Part shown: positions 21,605 through 31,172 of the stretch, one piece after another
Layout: each line of letters starts with the position of its first letter
Position numbering within the stretch: position 1 is the stretch's first letter
Source of the DNA: an uncultured delta proteobacterium
GTDB taxonomy: Bacteria; Desulfobacterota; Binatia; UBA9968
Length of the DNA: 64,000 nt
Assembly (NCBI GenBank): GCA_963771465.1
Contig: CAVYTU010000014.1
Span: 192,001-256,000 of the forward strand
Direction of reading: 5' to 3'
Made by a program: the position numbers and the translations under genes
Notes under the pieces: generated by a model
What the model saw: the letters and a program-made list of their open reading frames with translations, nothing else
Database searches by the model: none
What the model was told of the DNA's origin: nothing

Positions 21605-23023
21605 ATGGCTTACAACGATCTACAAGAGTATTTGACCCGATTGGAGTCCGCCGGCAAGCTCCACTGGATCGAGCAGCGTGTCGATCCGGCTTGGGAAGTG
21701 ACCGCGATCACACGGCAAGTGTTCGACCGCTACGGCTGGAACGCGCGCCCGGCGTTAGGGTTTCGCCAGGTCGGCGTCAGCGAGTTTCCCCTGGTGATTG
21801 GCGTGATCGGCGGCTCGCCGGAAATCTACGCGCTGGCGCTGTCGACGACGGTGGATCGCATTGCCGAAGTGTGGGAACGCGGGCAGCGTCATCCCATCGA
21901 TCCGGTCACCGCGCCCAGCGGACTGTGCAAGGAAATAATCCTGCGCGGCTCGGAAATCGACCTCGGCAGTTTACCTCAAGTAGTGTGGACACCAGGCCAA
22001 GATCCCGGGCCTTATATCACCGCGCCCGTAATTATCACCAAGGATGCCGAAACCGGCCGGCGCAATGTCGGCACGTACCGGCTTCAGTTAAAGGGCGCCA
22101 ACCGGCTCGGCTTATACGTCGGCGCCGCGCAGCACGCGGCGAAACACATTCGCCAATATGAAGCGATGAAAAAGGACATGCCGGTAGCAATCGCCATCGG
22201 CGTCGATCCAACCATTGTGCTCAGTTCGATCAGCAAATTCCCCTATGGCACCGATGAGCTCGCCGTCGCCGGCGGCCTGCGCGGCGAAGCCGTGCCGTTG
22301 GTCCGTTGCGAGACCGTCGATCTCGAAGTGCCGGCCAACGCCGAGATTGTCCTGGAAGGAATTATCCGCGCCGGTTATCGCGAGCAAGAAGGACCGTTCG
22401 GAGAATTTTCGGGTTACATGAGTTCCGGCGGTCAACAACCCGTCGTCGAGCTCACCTGCATCACCCGGCGGCGCATGCCCGTCTATCATAGTTTCTTGAG
22501 TCAAATGCCGCCGAGCGAGTCGAGCTGCATTCGCAGCATCAGCCGGTCCGCTGCCGTTTATCATCATCTCCGCGAGGTGCTCGGCCTACCGGTGCGCGCG
22601 GTTCATTTCACCGAAAGCGGCGGCGCCAGTTGCGTGCTGGTGATCTCGATCAAGAAGGAATATCCGGAGCAAGTCAAAGAAGTCGCCTGGGGCGCCTGGT
22701 CGCTAATGAACAAAGAAGGCAAATTCACCGTCGTCGTCGACGACGACGTCGACGTGCACAATCCCTTTCAAGTCGAATGGGCGATGAGTTTTCACGCCCA
22801 ACCCGCGCGCGATACGTTCATGGTGGACGGCGTCGTACCGTCCGGCGTCGATCCGTCGACGGCGGCCGCGGACATTCCTCAACATGACCCGCGCCGGCGC
22901 ACCGGCAGCAAGATTCTGATCGACGCCACGCGCAAACATACCTATCCACCGCGCGCGCGCGTGCCCGCGGAATTCATCGACAGAGCCAAAGCCAAGTGGC
23001 CCGAGTATGGCTTCACGAAATAG
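21605..23023 (+). CDS. UbiD-family prFMN-dependent (de)carboxylase
   Basis: NVGTYR, EGPFGEF.GY (Glu-Arg-Glu catalytic set), VVVDDDVD, KILIDAT. Confidence 0.93.
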   Translation: MAYNDLQEYLTRLESAGKLHWIEQRVDPAWEVTAITRQVFDRYGWNARPALGFRQVGVSEFPLVIGVIGGSPEIYALALSTTVDRIAEVWERGQRHPIDPVTAPSGLCKEIILRGSEIDLGSLPQVVWTPGQDPGPYITAPVIITKDAETGRRNVGTYRLQLKGANRLGLYVGAAQHAAKHIRQYEAMKKDMPVAIAIGVDPTIVLSSISKFPYGTDELAVAGGLRGEAVPLVRCETVDLEVPANAEIVLEGIIRAGYREQEGPFGEFSGYMSSGGQQPVVELTCITRRRMPVYHSFLSQMPPSESSCIRSISRSAAVYHHLREVLGLPVRAVHFTESGGASCVLVISIKKEYPEQVKEVAWGAWSLMNKEGKFTVVVDDDVDVHNPFQVEWAMSFHAQPARDTFMVDGVVPSGVDPSTAAADIPQHDPRRRTGSKILIDATRKHTYPPRARVPAEFIDRAKAKWPEYGFTK

Positions 23024-23975
23024 CCCCATAGCCATCTTAGTTTTTACCGCGCTAGGATTCGCCAGCATCGCCAACGCCGCTGACAAAGTGCGGGTGTCGG
23101 TGACAAATTACAACATGAGCTATCTCGCCGCCGGCGTGGCGGCGAAAAAGGGCATTTTCAAAGAGGAAGGTCTGGACGTCGAGATCATCCGCATGAACGC
23201 CAACGTGGCGATGTCAGCGCTGATCGCCGGCGAGTGCGACTACACCATGATCTTCGCCTCGGTCATTCGCGCCGCCATGCGCGGCATACCGCTCAAAGTC
23301 ATCGCCGTGCTCATCGACAGCCCGCCCTACGCATTCATCGCGCGGCCCGAGCTAACGAATTTAAAAGCGCTCAAAGGCAAAACCGTGGGTATCGGCGTGT
23401 TCGGCAGTTCCAACGACGTGGTCGCGCGCTTGATGCTGGAACGTTCCGGTATCGAGCCCGACAAAGAAACCAAACTGATCGCGTTCGGTTCCGATGCCGC
23501 GCGCTTCGCCGCACTCAAAGAAGGCTTGGTCGACGCCGCGATCATCGCTCCGCCGGCTGATTCTCAAGCGCGCAAGCTCGGCCTCACCGTGCTGGCCCGG
23601 GCCAACGATTTTTTTAAATTTCCGCACATCGGTCTCGGCACCAGCAGTAAAAAACTCAAAGAAAAACCGCAGGAAGTCGTCCAAGTGATCAAAGCGTTCA
23701 TTCGAGCCAATCGCTTCGTGCGCGACAACCGCCAGGAAGCGATTAACATCCTGGCCGACTGGGGCAAATCGCAGCGCGAAGATGCGGCGGCAGCGTACGA
23801 TTCCACCTGGCAGCTGTTCAGTCCCGACGGCACCATGCCCGACGATGGCATGAAGCTGGTAATCGACGATGCCAAAAACGCCATCAAACTGACTCGGCCG
23901 GTAGCGATCGCTGAAGTCGCCGACGCCAGCGCGCTGCGCGACGCCCAGCGCATGCTCGGCATCAAAGCGAAGTAG
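23007..23975 (+). CDS. NitT/TauT (SsuA/THI5-like) solute-binding protein
   Basis: Signal peptide, KGIFKEEGLDVE, LKGKTVGI, R.AAL..G.VDA. Confidence 0.88.
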   Translation: MASRNSPIAILVFTALGFASIANAADKVRVSVTNYNMSYLAAGVAAKKGIFKEEGLDVEIIRMNANVAMSALIAGECDYTMIFASVIRAAMRGIPLKVIAVLIDSPPYAFIARPELTNLKALKGKTVGIGVFGSSNDVVARLMLERSGIEPDKETKLIAFGSDAARFAALKEGLVDAAIIAPPADSQARKLGLTVLARANDFFKFPHIGLGTSSKKLKEKPQEVVQVIKAFIRANRFVRDNRQEAINILADWGKSQREDAAAAYDSTWQLFSPDGTMPDDGMKLVIDDAKNAIKLTRPVAIAEVADASALRDAQRMLGIKAK

Positions 23976-23989
23976 AGTGAAAAAGACTA

Positions 23990-24071
23990 TTCACCACGAA
24001 GGACACGAAGAGCACGAAGGTCGGACAAATTATTTCCGAAACCTTCGTGTGCTTCGTGCCTTCGTGGTGAA
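23990..24071. repeat. Palindromic repeat built from CACGAAG / CTTCGTG units
   Basis: TTCACCACGAAGGACACGAAGAGCACGAAGG...CCTTCGTGTGCTTCGTGCCTTCGTGGTGAA forms a long hairpin. Confidence 0.85.
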
Positions 24072-24105
24072 AACTATCTTCGCATAAAACTAGGAGAACT
24101 CACTC

Positions 24106-25215
24106 ATGGTTAACTTCATGGACTTTTACTACACCGGACCCGACACGCTGGCGGGCCGCTACATGCGAAAGTTTTGGCATCCGGTGTACCGCGCCCAAGA
24201 CTTAAAACCGGGCTGGGCCAAGCCGATCAAGATCATGGGCGAGCAGTTCACCCTCTATCGCGGCGACGGTGGCAAACCGCACGTCGTCGACTTTCGTTGC
24301 CCGCACCGCCAAGCGCAACTGTCTATCGGCTGGATCGAGGACGACTCGATTCGCTGCCGCTTTCACGGTTGGAAGTTCGATCAAACCGGCCAGTGCGTCG
24401 AACAGCCCGCGGAAAAAGAATCTTTCGCCGAGAAAATGCGCATCCGCAGCTGCCCGACGGAAGAATACCTCGGCCTAATCTTCGTCTACTTCGGTGAAGG
24501 CGCGCCGCCGCCGCTACCGCGTTATCCCGATTTCGAGAAAGATAATCTATGGGCGGAAACCTATGTGCGCCCGTGCAATTACGTCAACAATTTAGAAAAC
24601 GATCCGATCCATATTCCGTTCACTCATCGCGAATCGGAATTCTACATGAATCGGCCGCCGGAAATTCCCGACATCAGCGTCGAGGAGAGCGAGTGGGGCG
24701 TGATTTTACAATCGCGCTTTCCCAGCGGCAGGCTCTACATCACACAGCATGGTTTGCCGAATATTCTTTGCTTCAGAGAGCGCGACCGCGATCACTTGGC
24801 GTGGCGCGTGCCCGTCGACGACGACAATCACTGTAGCTTTCAGCTCGACGTGACCCATATTACCGAAGGCGACGAAGGCGAAGCATATAAAAACCGCCAC
24901 AAAGCCCGCGACGGCAAGCTCGGGCGCTCGCCCAAAGAAATCGGCGAAGCCGTTTTGCGCGGCGATCTGCGCATTCAGGATATCGACGGGCCGGAGCGAT
25001 CCAACATCGTCTGGATTCAAGACTACGCCACCCAAGTCGGCCAAGGGCCGCTCGATCTCAGAAAGAAGGAAATGCTCGGCCGCTCCGACCGGGCGCTGAT
25101 CCTGATCAGAAAAATCTGGGAGCGCGAGTTGCAAAGTCTCGAGGCCGGCAATCCGCTCAAGCAATGGCAACGCACGGAACGGCTGGCAGCGCTGCATTCA
25201 AGTGCGAACGATTGA
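24106..25215 (+). CDS. Rieske non-heme iron oxygenase alpha subunit
   Basis: CPH...CRFH; ENDPIHIPFTH; QDYATQ; AGGAG RBS. Confidence 0.9.
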   Translation: MVNFMDFYYTGPDTLAGRYMRKFWHPVYRAQDLKPGWAKPIKIMGEQFTLYRGDGGKPHVVDFRCPHRQAQLSIGWIEDDSIRCRFHGWKFDQTGQCVEQPAEKESFAEKMRIRSCPTEEYLGLIFVYFGEGAPPPLPRYPDFEKDNLWAETYVRPCNYVNNLENDPIHIPFTHRESEFYMNRPPEIPDISVEESEWGVILQSRFPSGRLYITQHGLPNILCFRERDRDHLAWRVPVDDDNHCSFQLDVTHITEGDEGEAYKNRHKARDGKLGRSPKEIGEAVLRGDLRIQDIDGPERSNIVWIQDYATQVGQGPLDLRKKEMLGRSDRALILIRKIWERELQSLEAGNPLKQWQRTERLAALHSSAND

Positions 25216-25259
25216 ACGCGTGGTCACAAAACATACTCAACAAATCATGGCTCCGTATC

Positions 25260-25346
25260 CGTCTTTCCCGCGCACGCGGGAATCCAGATCCCTCTCCGCC
25301 TGGATTCCGGGTCGAGCTAGCTCTCGCCAGCTCGCCCGGAATGACG
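25260..25346. repeat. REP-like palindromic element, copy 2
   Basis: GTCTTTCCCGCGCACGCGGGAATCCAG...CTGGATTCCGG...CCGGAATGAC; left half nearly identical to 423-449. Confidence 0.75.
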
Positions 25347-25392
25347 ATTGAGGCAAATTAAACTCACTCGAGATCATTCGACAAAAAGGCAA

Positions 25393-26358
25393 ATGAAAAG
25401 TCTTTTTCAAATCGTCGTTGTAGTTCTATTGACCGGCGTGGCACTTCAGGTCAACTCCACCGTCCATGCCAAAACCATTACAGTTGCCTATCCATCGCCA
25501 TCCTGGAACACTTCACTTCCTGTCAGCACAGCGCGGGATTTCGGCATCTTCGCCGCCGAAGGTTTGGATGTTCGGCCGGTTTACGTGCGCGGCGGACCAG
25601 TGGTCATGGCGGCATTGCTCAGCGGCGAAGCCGATTACGCGATCATGGCCGGCGTCACCGCGGTGACCAGTATCGCGCGTGGGGCCGAAGTCGTTATCGT
25701 CGGCGGCCACACCGCTTACATCGACCAGGTGCTCGTCGGCGCAAAAAACGTAACTAAGCTTGCCGATTTGAAAGGCAAAGTGGTCGGCGTCACCGGCGCC
25801 GGCGGAGTCACCGAATTCGCCACCGTCGAAGCGCTGGCGCGCAAAGGTCTCGTGCGCGACCGGGATTATTCCGTGCTCTACGCCGGCAACAGCCCGGCGC
25901 GCGTCAATGCGTTGGAATCCGGCGTCATTCACGCCGGCGCCTTTTCCGCCAACGAAAAAGTCGTCATGGACGAACGCGGCTTTCCCCTGCTCCTGGAAAC
26001 CGGCAAAGCGCTGCCGGAATTTCCCTTCATGGTCGTGGTCACGTATCGGCAGAAGCTGAAGAGTAATCCCACCGAAGTCGTGGCGTTCTTGCGCGCGTTG
26101 CGTAATGCCATGAACGTGATCCAGACCAGCAAAGACAAAGTCATCGCCGCGGCGGCAAAAAAAGATCCCAACGCAAACGTCAACGTCTTGCGCAAATCTT
26201 TGGACTATACGCTCGATAGCTTCTCCATCGCTCTGGCAAAGAAAAACATTCAAGCGTTGGTCAGCGCGGCGAAGCTCAACGTGAACTTAGACGCTCCAGG
26301 TGTCGGTGAAAAGTTTTTCGTCGACGACTTTCTCACGCGAACGCTAAGCGTGAAATAA
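25393..26358 (+). CDS. NitT/TauT solute-binding protein
   Basis: Signal peptide, GIFAAEGLDV, ALLSGEAD, DLKGKVVGV. Confidence 0.88.
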   Translation: MKSLFQIVVVVLLTGVALQVNSTVHAKTITVAYPSPSWNTSLPVSTARDFGIFAAEGLDVRPVYVRGGPVVMAALLSGEADYAIMAGVTAVTSIARGAEVVIVGGHTAYIDQVLVGAKNVTKLADLKGKVVGVTGAGGVTEFATVEALARKGLVRDRDYSVLYAGNSPARVNALESGVIHAGAFSANEKVVMDERGFPLLLETGKALPEFPFMVVVTYRQKLKSNPTEVVAFLRALRNAMNVIQTSKDKVIAAAAKKDPNANVNVLRKSLDYTLDSFSIALAKKNIQALVSAAKLNVNLDAPGVGEKFFVDDFLTRTLSVK

Positions 26359-26384
26359 TAAAGGTCTTTGGCAAATCAGAGAAA

Positions 26385-26471
26385 AAAATCTCCCCTATCC
26401 CCTCTTTGTTAAAGAGGGGTAAATTGCTCGGCGCATGGATGGGCGAAAAAGGGGGGATCAAGGGAGATTTT
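26385..26471. repeat. REP-like element (AAATCTCCCC..CCCCTCTTT..AAAGAGGGG...GGGAGATTT)
   Basis: Terminal inverted repeat AAAATCTCCC/GGGAGATTTT enclosing a CCCCTCTTT/AAAGAGGGG hairpin. Confidence 0.7.
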
Positions 26472-26520
26472 CTTCGGCGAAGAGAAGCGAGTTTCAACTA
26501 ATCGATAAGGCTGGTACACG

Positions 26521-27465
26521 ATGAACAAACCTGATCTCAGCTTGATGATGACGCACTACGACCGAACCCATCCACTGTTCTCGGGCGCAGTGACCATCGA
26601 CGGCGCCCCGCTCAACGTCTGCCCGCCGCCGATGCAAGGCGATGCCTGCTACAAACCAGTTTACGAACAGTTCGACATCGCCGAAATGTCGCTTTCCTGG
26701 TACGTCATGGCGCGACTGCGCGGCGAGCCGTTGATTGCGCTGCCGATTTTTCCGCTGCGCATGTTCATTCAGCCGTACTTATTCTGCCGCGAGCCGTCGG
26801 CCATCAATCGGCTGGAAGATTTGCAAGGCAAACGGATCGGCATCCAGCAATACCGCATCACGGTCGGTCTGTGGGCGCGCGGCCTGCTCAAAGAACACCA
26901 CGGCGTCGATTATGCGCTCAATGAATGGATCACCAGCGAACCGGAAGGCGCGGGATTTCAAATTCCCGCCGACATCAATTTGCAACTCAGGGATGAAACT
27001 CTCGAAACTCTTCTGCTCGACGGTGCCCTCGACGCCCTGATCTTGCCCAACGTATCCAAGCTCTTTCGCGCCGGCGATCCGCGCATCCGGCGAGTCTTTG
27101 CCGATTGCCGCGGCGCCATCGATGACTATTTTCAAGCCACCGGTATTTTCCCGATCACTCACACGATGGTCGTACACCAGCAGCTGCTCGCCCAATATCC
27201 CTGGCTCTGCCACCAGCTCGTCGATGCATTTAATGAAGCGGATCGCCAATGCCGGATCGCTTACGAGTATCCCAAACGTTTTTCCTTTCCCACTGCCGTG
27301 CTCTTTTTGGAAGAGGAAGCAAAACGTTTCGGCGAAACTCCCTGGGTGCATGGACTCGAACCGAACCGAAAGATTTTGGAAAAGTTCCTCGCGTACGCCA
27401 AGGATCAAGGCTACATTCCGTTTCAACCGGCGCTGGACGACATCTTCGCGCCGCTGCGTGATTAA
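26521..27465 (+). CDS. 4,5-dihydroxyphthalate decarboxylase-like protein (periplasmic-binding-protein fold)
   Basis: YDRT..L..G.V.IDG, FDIAEMSLS.Y, ALPIFP.RMF, TGIFPI.H; no signal peptide. Confidence 0.8.
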   Translation: MNKPDLSLMMTHYDRTHPLFSGAVTIDGAPLNVCPPPMQGDACYKPVYEQFDIAEMSLSWYVMARLRGEPLIALPIFPLRMFIQPYLFCREPSAINRLEDLQGKRIGIQQYRITVGLWARGLLKEHHGVDYALNEWITSEPEGAGFQIPADINLQLRDETLETLLLDGALDALILPNVSKLFRAGDPRIRRVFADCRGAIDDYFQATGIFPITHTMVVHQQLLAQYPWLCHQLVDAFNEADRQCRIAYEYPKRFSFPTAVLFLEEEAKRFGETPWVHGLEPNRKILEKFLAYAKDQGYIPFQPALDDIFAPLRD

Positions 27466-27500
27466 CATTCACTCCGCTGGGAAATATTGGAGGTTAGCAA

Positions 27501-27923
27501 ATGAAATTGACGTTAGACAAAGCCAACGTGATCGCTGACAAAACTCTCGCCAAGGCGCGTGATGCCAAGTATCGCCCGATGTGCGTCGCCGTACTGGACG
27601 ACGGCGGCCATCTAAAAGTGCTCAAGCGCGAAGACGCCGCCAGCATCCTGCGCCCGGACATCGCCATAGGCAAAGCTTGGGGCGCGGTCGGCATGGGCGA
27701 ATCGAGCCGTTCGCTGAGCGAGCGGCTCAAAGAACGGCCGGCGTTTCTCGGCGCATTGTCGACCATGTCGCAAGGCAAAGTCGTGCCGGTGGCCGGCGGT
27801 GTGCTGATCATGGACGGCGCTGACATTATCGGCGCCGTCGGCGTCAGCGGCGGCACCGCTGACGAAGACGAAGCCTGCGCCATCGAAGGCATCAAGGCCG
27901 CCGGCTTCGTCGCGAAATCTTGA
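27501..27923 (+). CDS. GlcG/HbpS-family heme-binding protein
   Basis: VAVLDDGG, IAIGKAWGA, GGVLI, IGAVGVSG..ADEDE. Confidence 0.9.
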   Translation: MKLTLDKANVIADKTLAKARDAKYRPMCVAVLDDGGHLKVLKREDAASILRPDIAIGKAWGAVGMGESSRSLSERLKERPAFLGALSTMSQGKVVPVAGGVLIMDGADIIGAVGVSGGTADEDEACAIEGIKAAGFVAKS

Positions 27924-27970
27924 GTGGCACTTGTAAGCGTTGCGATTGGCAGCTGTGAAAATGACAGGGT

Positions 27971-28024
27971 TCGAGGATGGAGGATCGGCAGGTCGAGGAT
28001 AGCGGTCGAAGATGTAAGATCGAA
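27971..28024. repeat. Degenerate GAGGAT[CG]-type heptamer repeats
   Basis: tcgaggatggaggatcg..tcgaggatag..tcgaagatgtaagatcgaa; the same motif occurs at 1641-1657. Confidence 0.55.
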
Positions 28025-28039
28025 AGAATCCGAGATAAT

Positions 28040-29569
28040 TCAGCGGGCACCCGCCGCCATCGCATCGGCGCGAGCAGAGGATTCGTCGACGGCGTGTTGC
28101 AGCAGCAGCTCCAACGAAGGTTTGGGTTCAACGACCACCAGCACTTGGTAAGAGAAAAGCGAGGGAAGCAGCCGCAGACATGCGCCGTTTACGGCCAGCA
28201 GAAAGCGACTGAACCGATTATCTCCCAACGCCACAGGGAAGGGAGCGGGAATGCCTCGCGACTGGATAACCTGAAAGCCGCGCTGTTCGAGCAGCCGGCG
28301 CAATGAGGATAATGTGAACAGCCGTTTATGCGTGACGTCGAGAATGCCGCGTTTGCCATAATTGAATTGGCCAAGTAACAGCATCAGACGAATAATTAAA
28401 AAACCCACGTTGGGTGTGCTGATGATCACTTTCGTATCCGTGCAGTATTTCATGCTGTCACGCAGCTGGTCGAGGAACGCCTCCGGCGCAGTCAAGTGCT
28501 CAATGACATCCAAAAGCAGGACACGGCGATATTCCGCGATGTCCACGTCGGGAATACCGGCGTTGAGATCATACTTGATGAAGTTGTCTAAGCTAACGTT
28601 GGCTCCAAGTGGAAACATATCGACACCGGTGACGTGGCAACCGCTCTGCCGCCGCAACAATGCCCCCATGTAGCCTCCCGCGCAGCCGAGGTCTAAAACC
28701 TTCGCTCCCGCCGGGACCAGCTCGAGAGTTGCCGTGTGTGGGCTGTCGTAACCTATTTTGAGCGCGTAATGAGCGTTGGTGTCGTGCCCTGCTCCGCAAT
28801 CAAATTTGCTGTCGTAAAAAATACTCAATTCATGCGCCCGCGATTTGAGTGTCGTCGTCATGACATCCCAAGCGTATTTGATGCCGTTGACGTGGCAAAT
28901 TTCATCGCCGTAATAGGTGGGGATCGGCAGTTCGCGAATGCGCAGCCCGGCGTTGAGCAGCTGGATGATGATTTCCGTGTCGAAATGAAAATCGTTGGTG
29001 TTTCGGTCGAAGGGCACTTTCTCCAGGGCGGCAACCGAGTAGATGCGATAACCGGAGTGAAACTCGCTCAGTTGGGTACGCAGCAAACGGTTTTGAAACC
29101 AAGAAAGAATCCTGTTGCCGATAAACTTGTAGAGCGGCATACCGCCCTTGAGCGCCTCTCCCTGACTAAGCAGGCGCGACCCGAATACCGCATCCGCTTC
29201 ACCCCGGCTCAAAGGCATTAGCAACCCAGGCAGCGCTTCGGGCGCGTACTGACCGTCGCCGTGAAGCAGCGCGACGAAGTCGAACTCATTCTTGATCGCG
29301 TAGTGATAGCCGATCTTCTGATTGCCGCCGTAACCCTGGTTTTTCGGATTGAAAAGCACATGAAGTGGAAAAGGCAGAGAACCTGCCGCTTTGATTTTCT
29401 GGCCGATTTCGAAAGTGCGATCCGCCGAAGAATCATCGATGGCGAGAATCTCAACTTCGTATTCCTCGGACAAGCTCGCTGGAATACGCGCGAGAACCCG
29501 TTCGATGGTGCGTTCAGCGTTATACGCGACGATAAATATCAGGACGCGATATTTTTTCTGCCTGGCCAT
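28040..29569 (-). CDS. Bifunctional GT2 glycosyltransferase / class I SAM methyltransferase
   Basis: AYN, IDDSSAD, NQGYGGNQK, HGDGQY, then VLDLGCAGG and DVIEHL. Confidence 0.9.
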   Translation of the reverse strand: MARQKKYRVLIFIVAYNAERTIERVLARIPASLSEEYEVEILAIDDSSADRTFEIGQKIKAAGSLPFPLHVLFNPKNQGYGGNQKIGYHYAIKNEFDFVALLHGDGQYAPEALPGLLMPLSRGEADAVFGSRLLSQGEALKGGMPLYKFIGNRILSWFQNRLLRTQLSEFHSGYRIYSVAALEKVPFDRNTNDFHFDTEIIIQLLNAGLRIRELPIPTYYGDEICHVNGIKYAWDVMTTTLKSRAHELSIFYDSKFDCGAGHDTNAHYALKIGYDSPHTATLELVPAGAKVLDLGCAGGYMGALLRRQSGCHVTGVDMFPLGANVSLDNFIKYDLNAGIPDVDIAEYRRVLLLDVIEHLTAPEAFLDQLRDSMKYCTDTKVIISTPNVGFLIIRLMLLLGQFNYGKRGILDVTHKRLFTLSSLRRLLEQRGFQVIQSRGIPAPFPVALGDNRFSRFLLAVNGACLRLLPSLFSYQVLVVVEPKPSLELLLQHAVDESSARADAMAAGAR

Positions 29570-30099
29570 TGCGAATAACCTAGATCAACGCAGTCGCCGC
29601 GCGGGCTGGAGATAGACCCCGCCGTAGAAATCCCACAAACCATCGGCGGATTACCCGCCGGTGGTGCAATCCCAATCTAAATTGTTTCAGCAGCAGCAAC
29701 ATATTGAACATTCACGCCGAATTTTACAACAGCGCTAGAAGAGCAGCCGTCCCTGCGCCAATCCGGCTTCCGCAGCTGAACAGATGTTTTGTCCTAGAAA
29801 AAAAGACAGCTAGTAGTGATCAGAATAGCGTCACTCTTAATGGCTCTTGCCTGACTGAATGGACCGTGACGAATGCTTCGCCTGTGAGCAGGTAGTTCAA
29901 CGACTTGACATTCCCCTGGTCAGTGACATGATTTCTGCAGGAGAAATCAGACAATGCACGCGAGATCTCCTCCCACCGCAGACCGCAGCATTAATCTTAG
30001 CATACGCAAACTTGCTCCTCAGCCTGAGCCTCATCTAACTTCCGAGTTTGTAAGGTTTTTGCGTCTTTCTTCTACTCAAACGAAAGAAAGGAGAGACCG

Positions 30100-31021
30100 A
30101 TGGAAGAGAAAAGTAGCATATTTGAATCGGTAAAAAACGGCGTCGTCGGAACGATTAGAGGAACGGGTGATGTGGCGAAAGCGGTGGTGGATACGGTGAG
30201 CGGAACCCTATCTCATACGATTAAGGGAACCGGCGCGGTGGGGACGGCGTTGATCGAAACAGTTTCGGACGTGGGACGCGCAGCGATTCGTGGAGTATCC
30301 GATGTCGGCGGCGACGTAGGGTCGGCGGCGAAGAGCGCCGTGTTAGGGACGCTGCGGGGGACGAAAGAAACCAGCGTGGAAGCGGCAGATGCGATAAAGG
30401 CCGCAACCAGCAGCGTGATCAAAGAAACATCGGCAGTGGCCGGTGATCTTGGAAACGCGGCAAAAGGCGCCATGCAAGGAGCGATTACAGGCGCAAAAGA
30501 AGTCGGTCTGAATGCGACAGAGGCAACCGCTGCGGCAGCAACTGGCATCCTCAAATCAACCAGCGAAGTTATTTCCGGCACCGGCAAGGCTGGGGGGTCA
30601 CTGTTTGCGGCCTCTTCCGGCGTGATTCGCTCTGCCATTCAAGCGGTCGTCGACGTTGGCGGTGACGTCGGTTCCGGTGCCAAGGGAGCCGTCCTCGGAG
30701 TCTTGCAGGGAACCAAAGCCAGCGGCAAAGAGGCATTGCAGGCGATAAGCCGAGACCAGCAGCCATCTCGTTAAAGGTACGTCGGACGTTGCCGGTGATA
30801 TCGCGAAAGCCGCCAAGGGCGCGGTGCAGGGCGCCATCGAGGGGGCGAAAGAGATCAGTTTGGATACTACGGAAGCGGCATCAGCGGCGGCCACGGGCGC
30901 GCTGAATGCGGCTGAAAAGATCAGTTCAAAAGCCGCGCAACAAGTGCGTAAGGCGGTAACCGGCACCATCGCCGGTGTGAAAGTCGTACTGAAGGAACCT
31001 TTCAAATCGAAGAAATCCTAA
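30100..31021 (+). CDS. Ala/Gly/Thr-rich 22-aa-repeat protein, with an apparent +1 frameshift at 30750-30751
   Basis: AAGGAG RBS; removing one C joins ORFs 30100-30774 and 30824-31021 (..QAISETSSHLVKGTSDVAGD..) and preserves the repeat register; ~306 aa. Confidence 0.8.
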
Positions 31022-31172
31022 ACCGGTTAAGCGGTTGAGGTGGCGCATGAACGTCCTGCCTGTAGTGGGCTCATTTTGACAGTTGCGATCGGTCGCGTGG
31101 TGAGAATTTAAATTCTTCTTCGCGGCCGATAGCCTGACAAAATGACCCACTACTAAAATCCGTAACTGTTTC

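Noticed and set aside
23990-24071. CRISPR array
   Set aside because: Short units form a single hairpin with no unique spacers; no cas genes or arrays seen anywhere in the window
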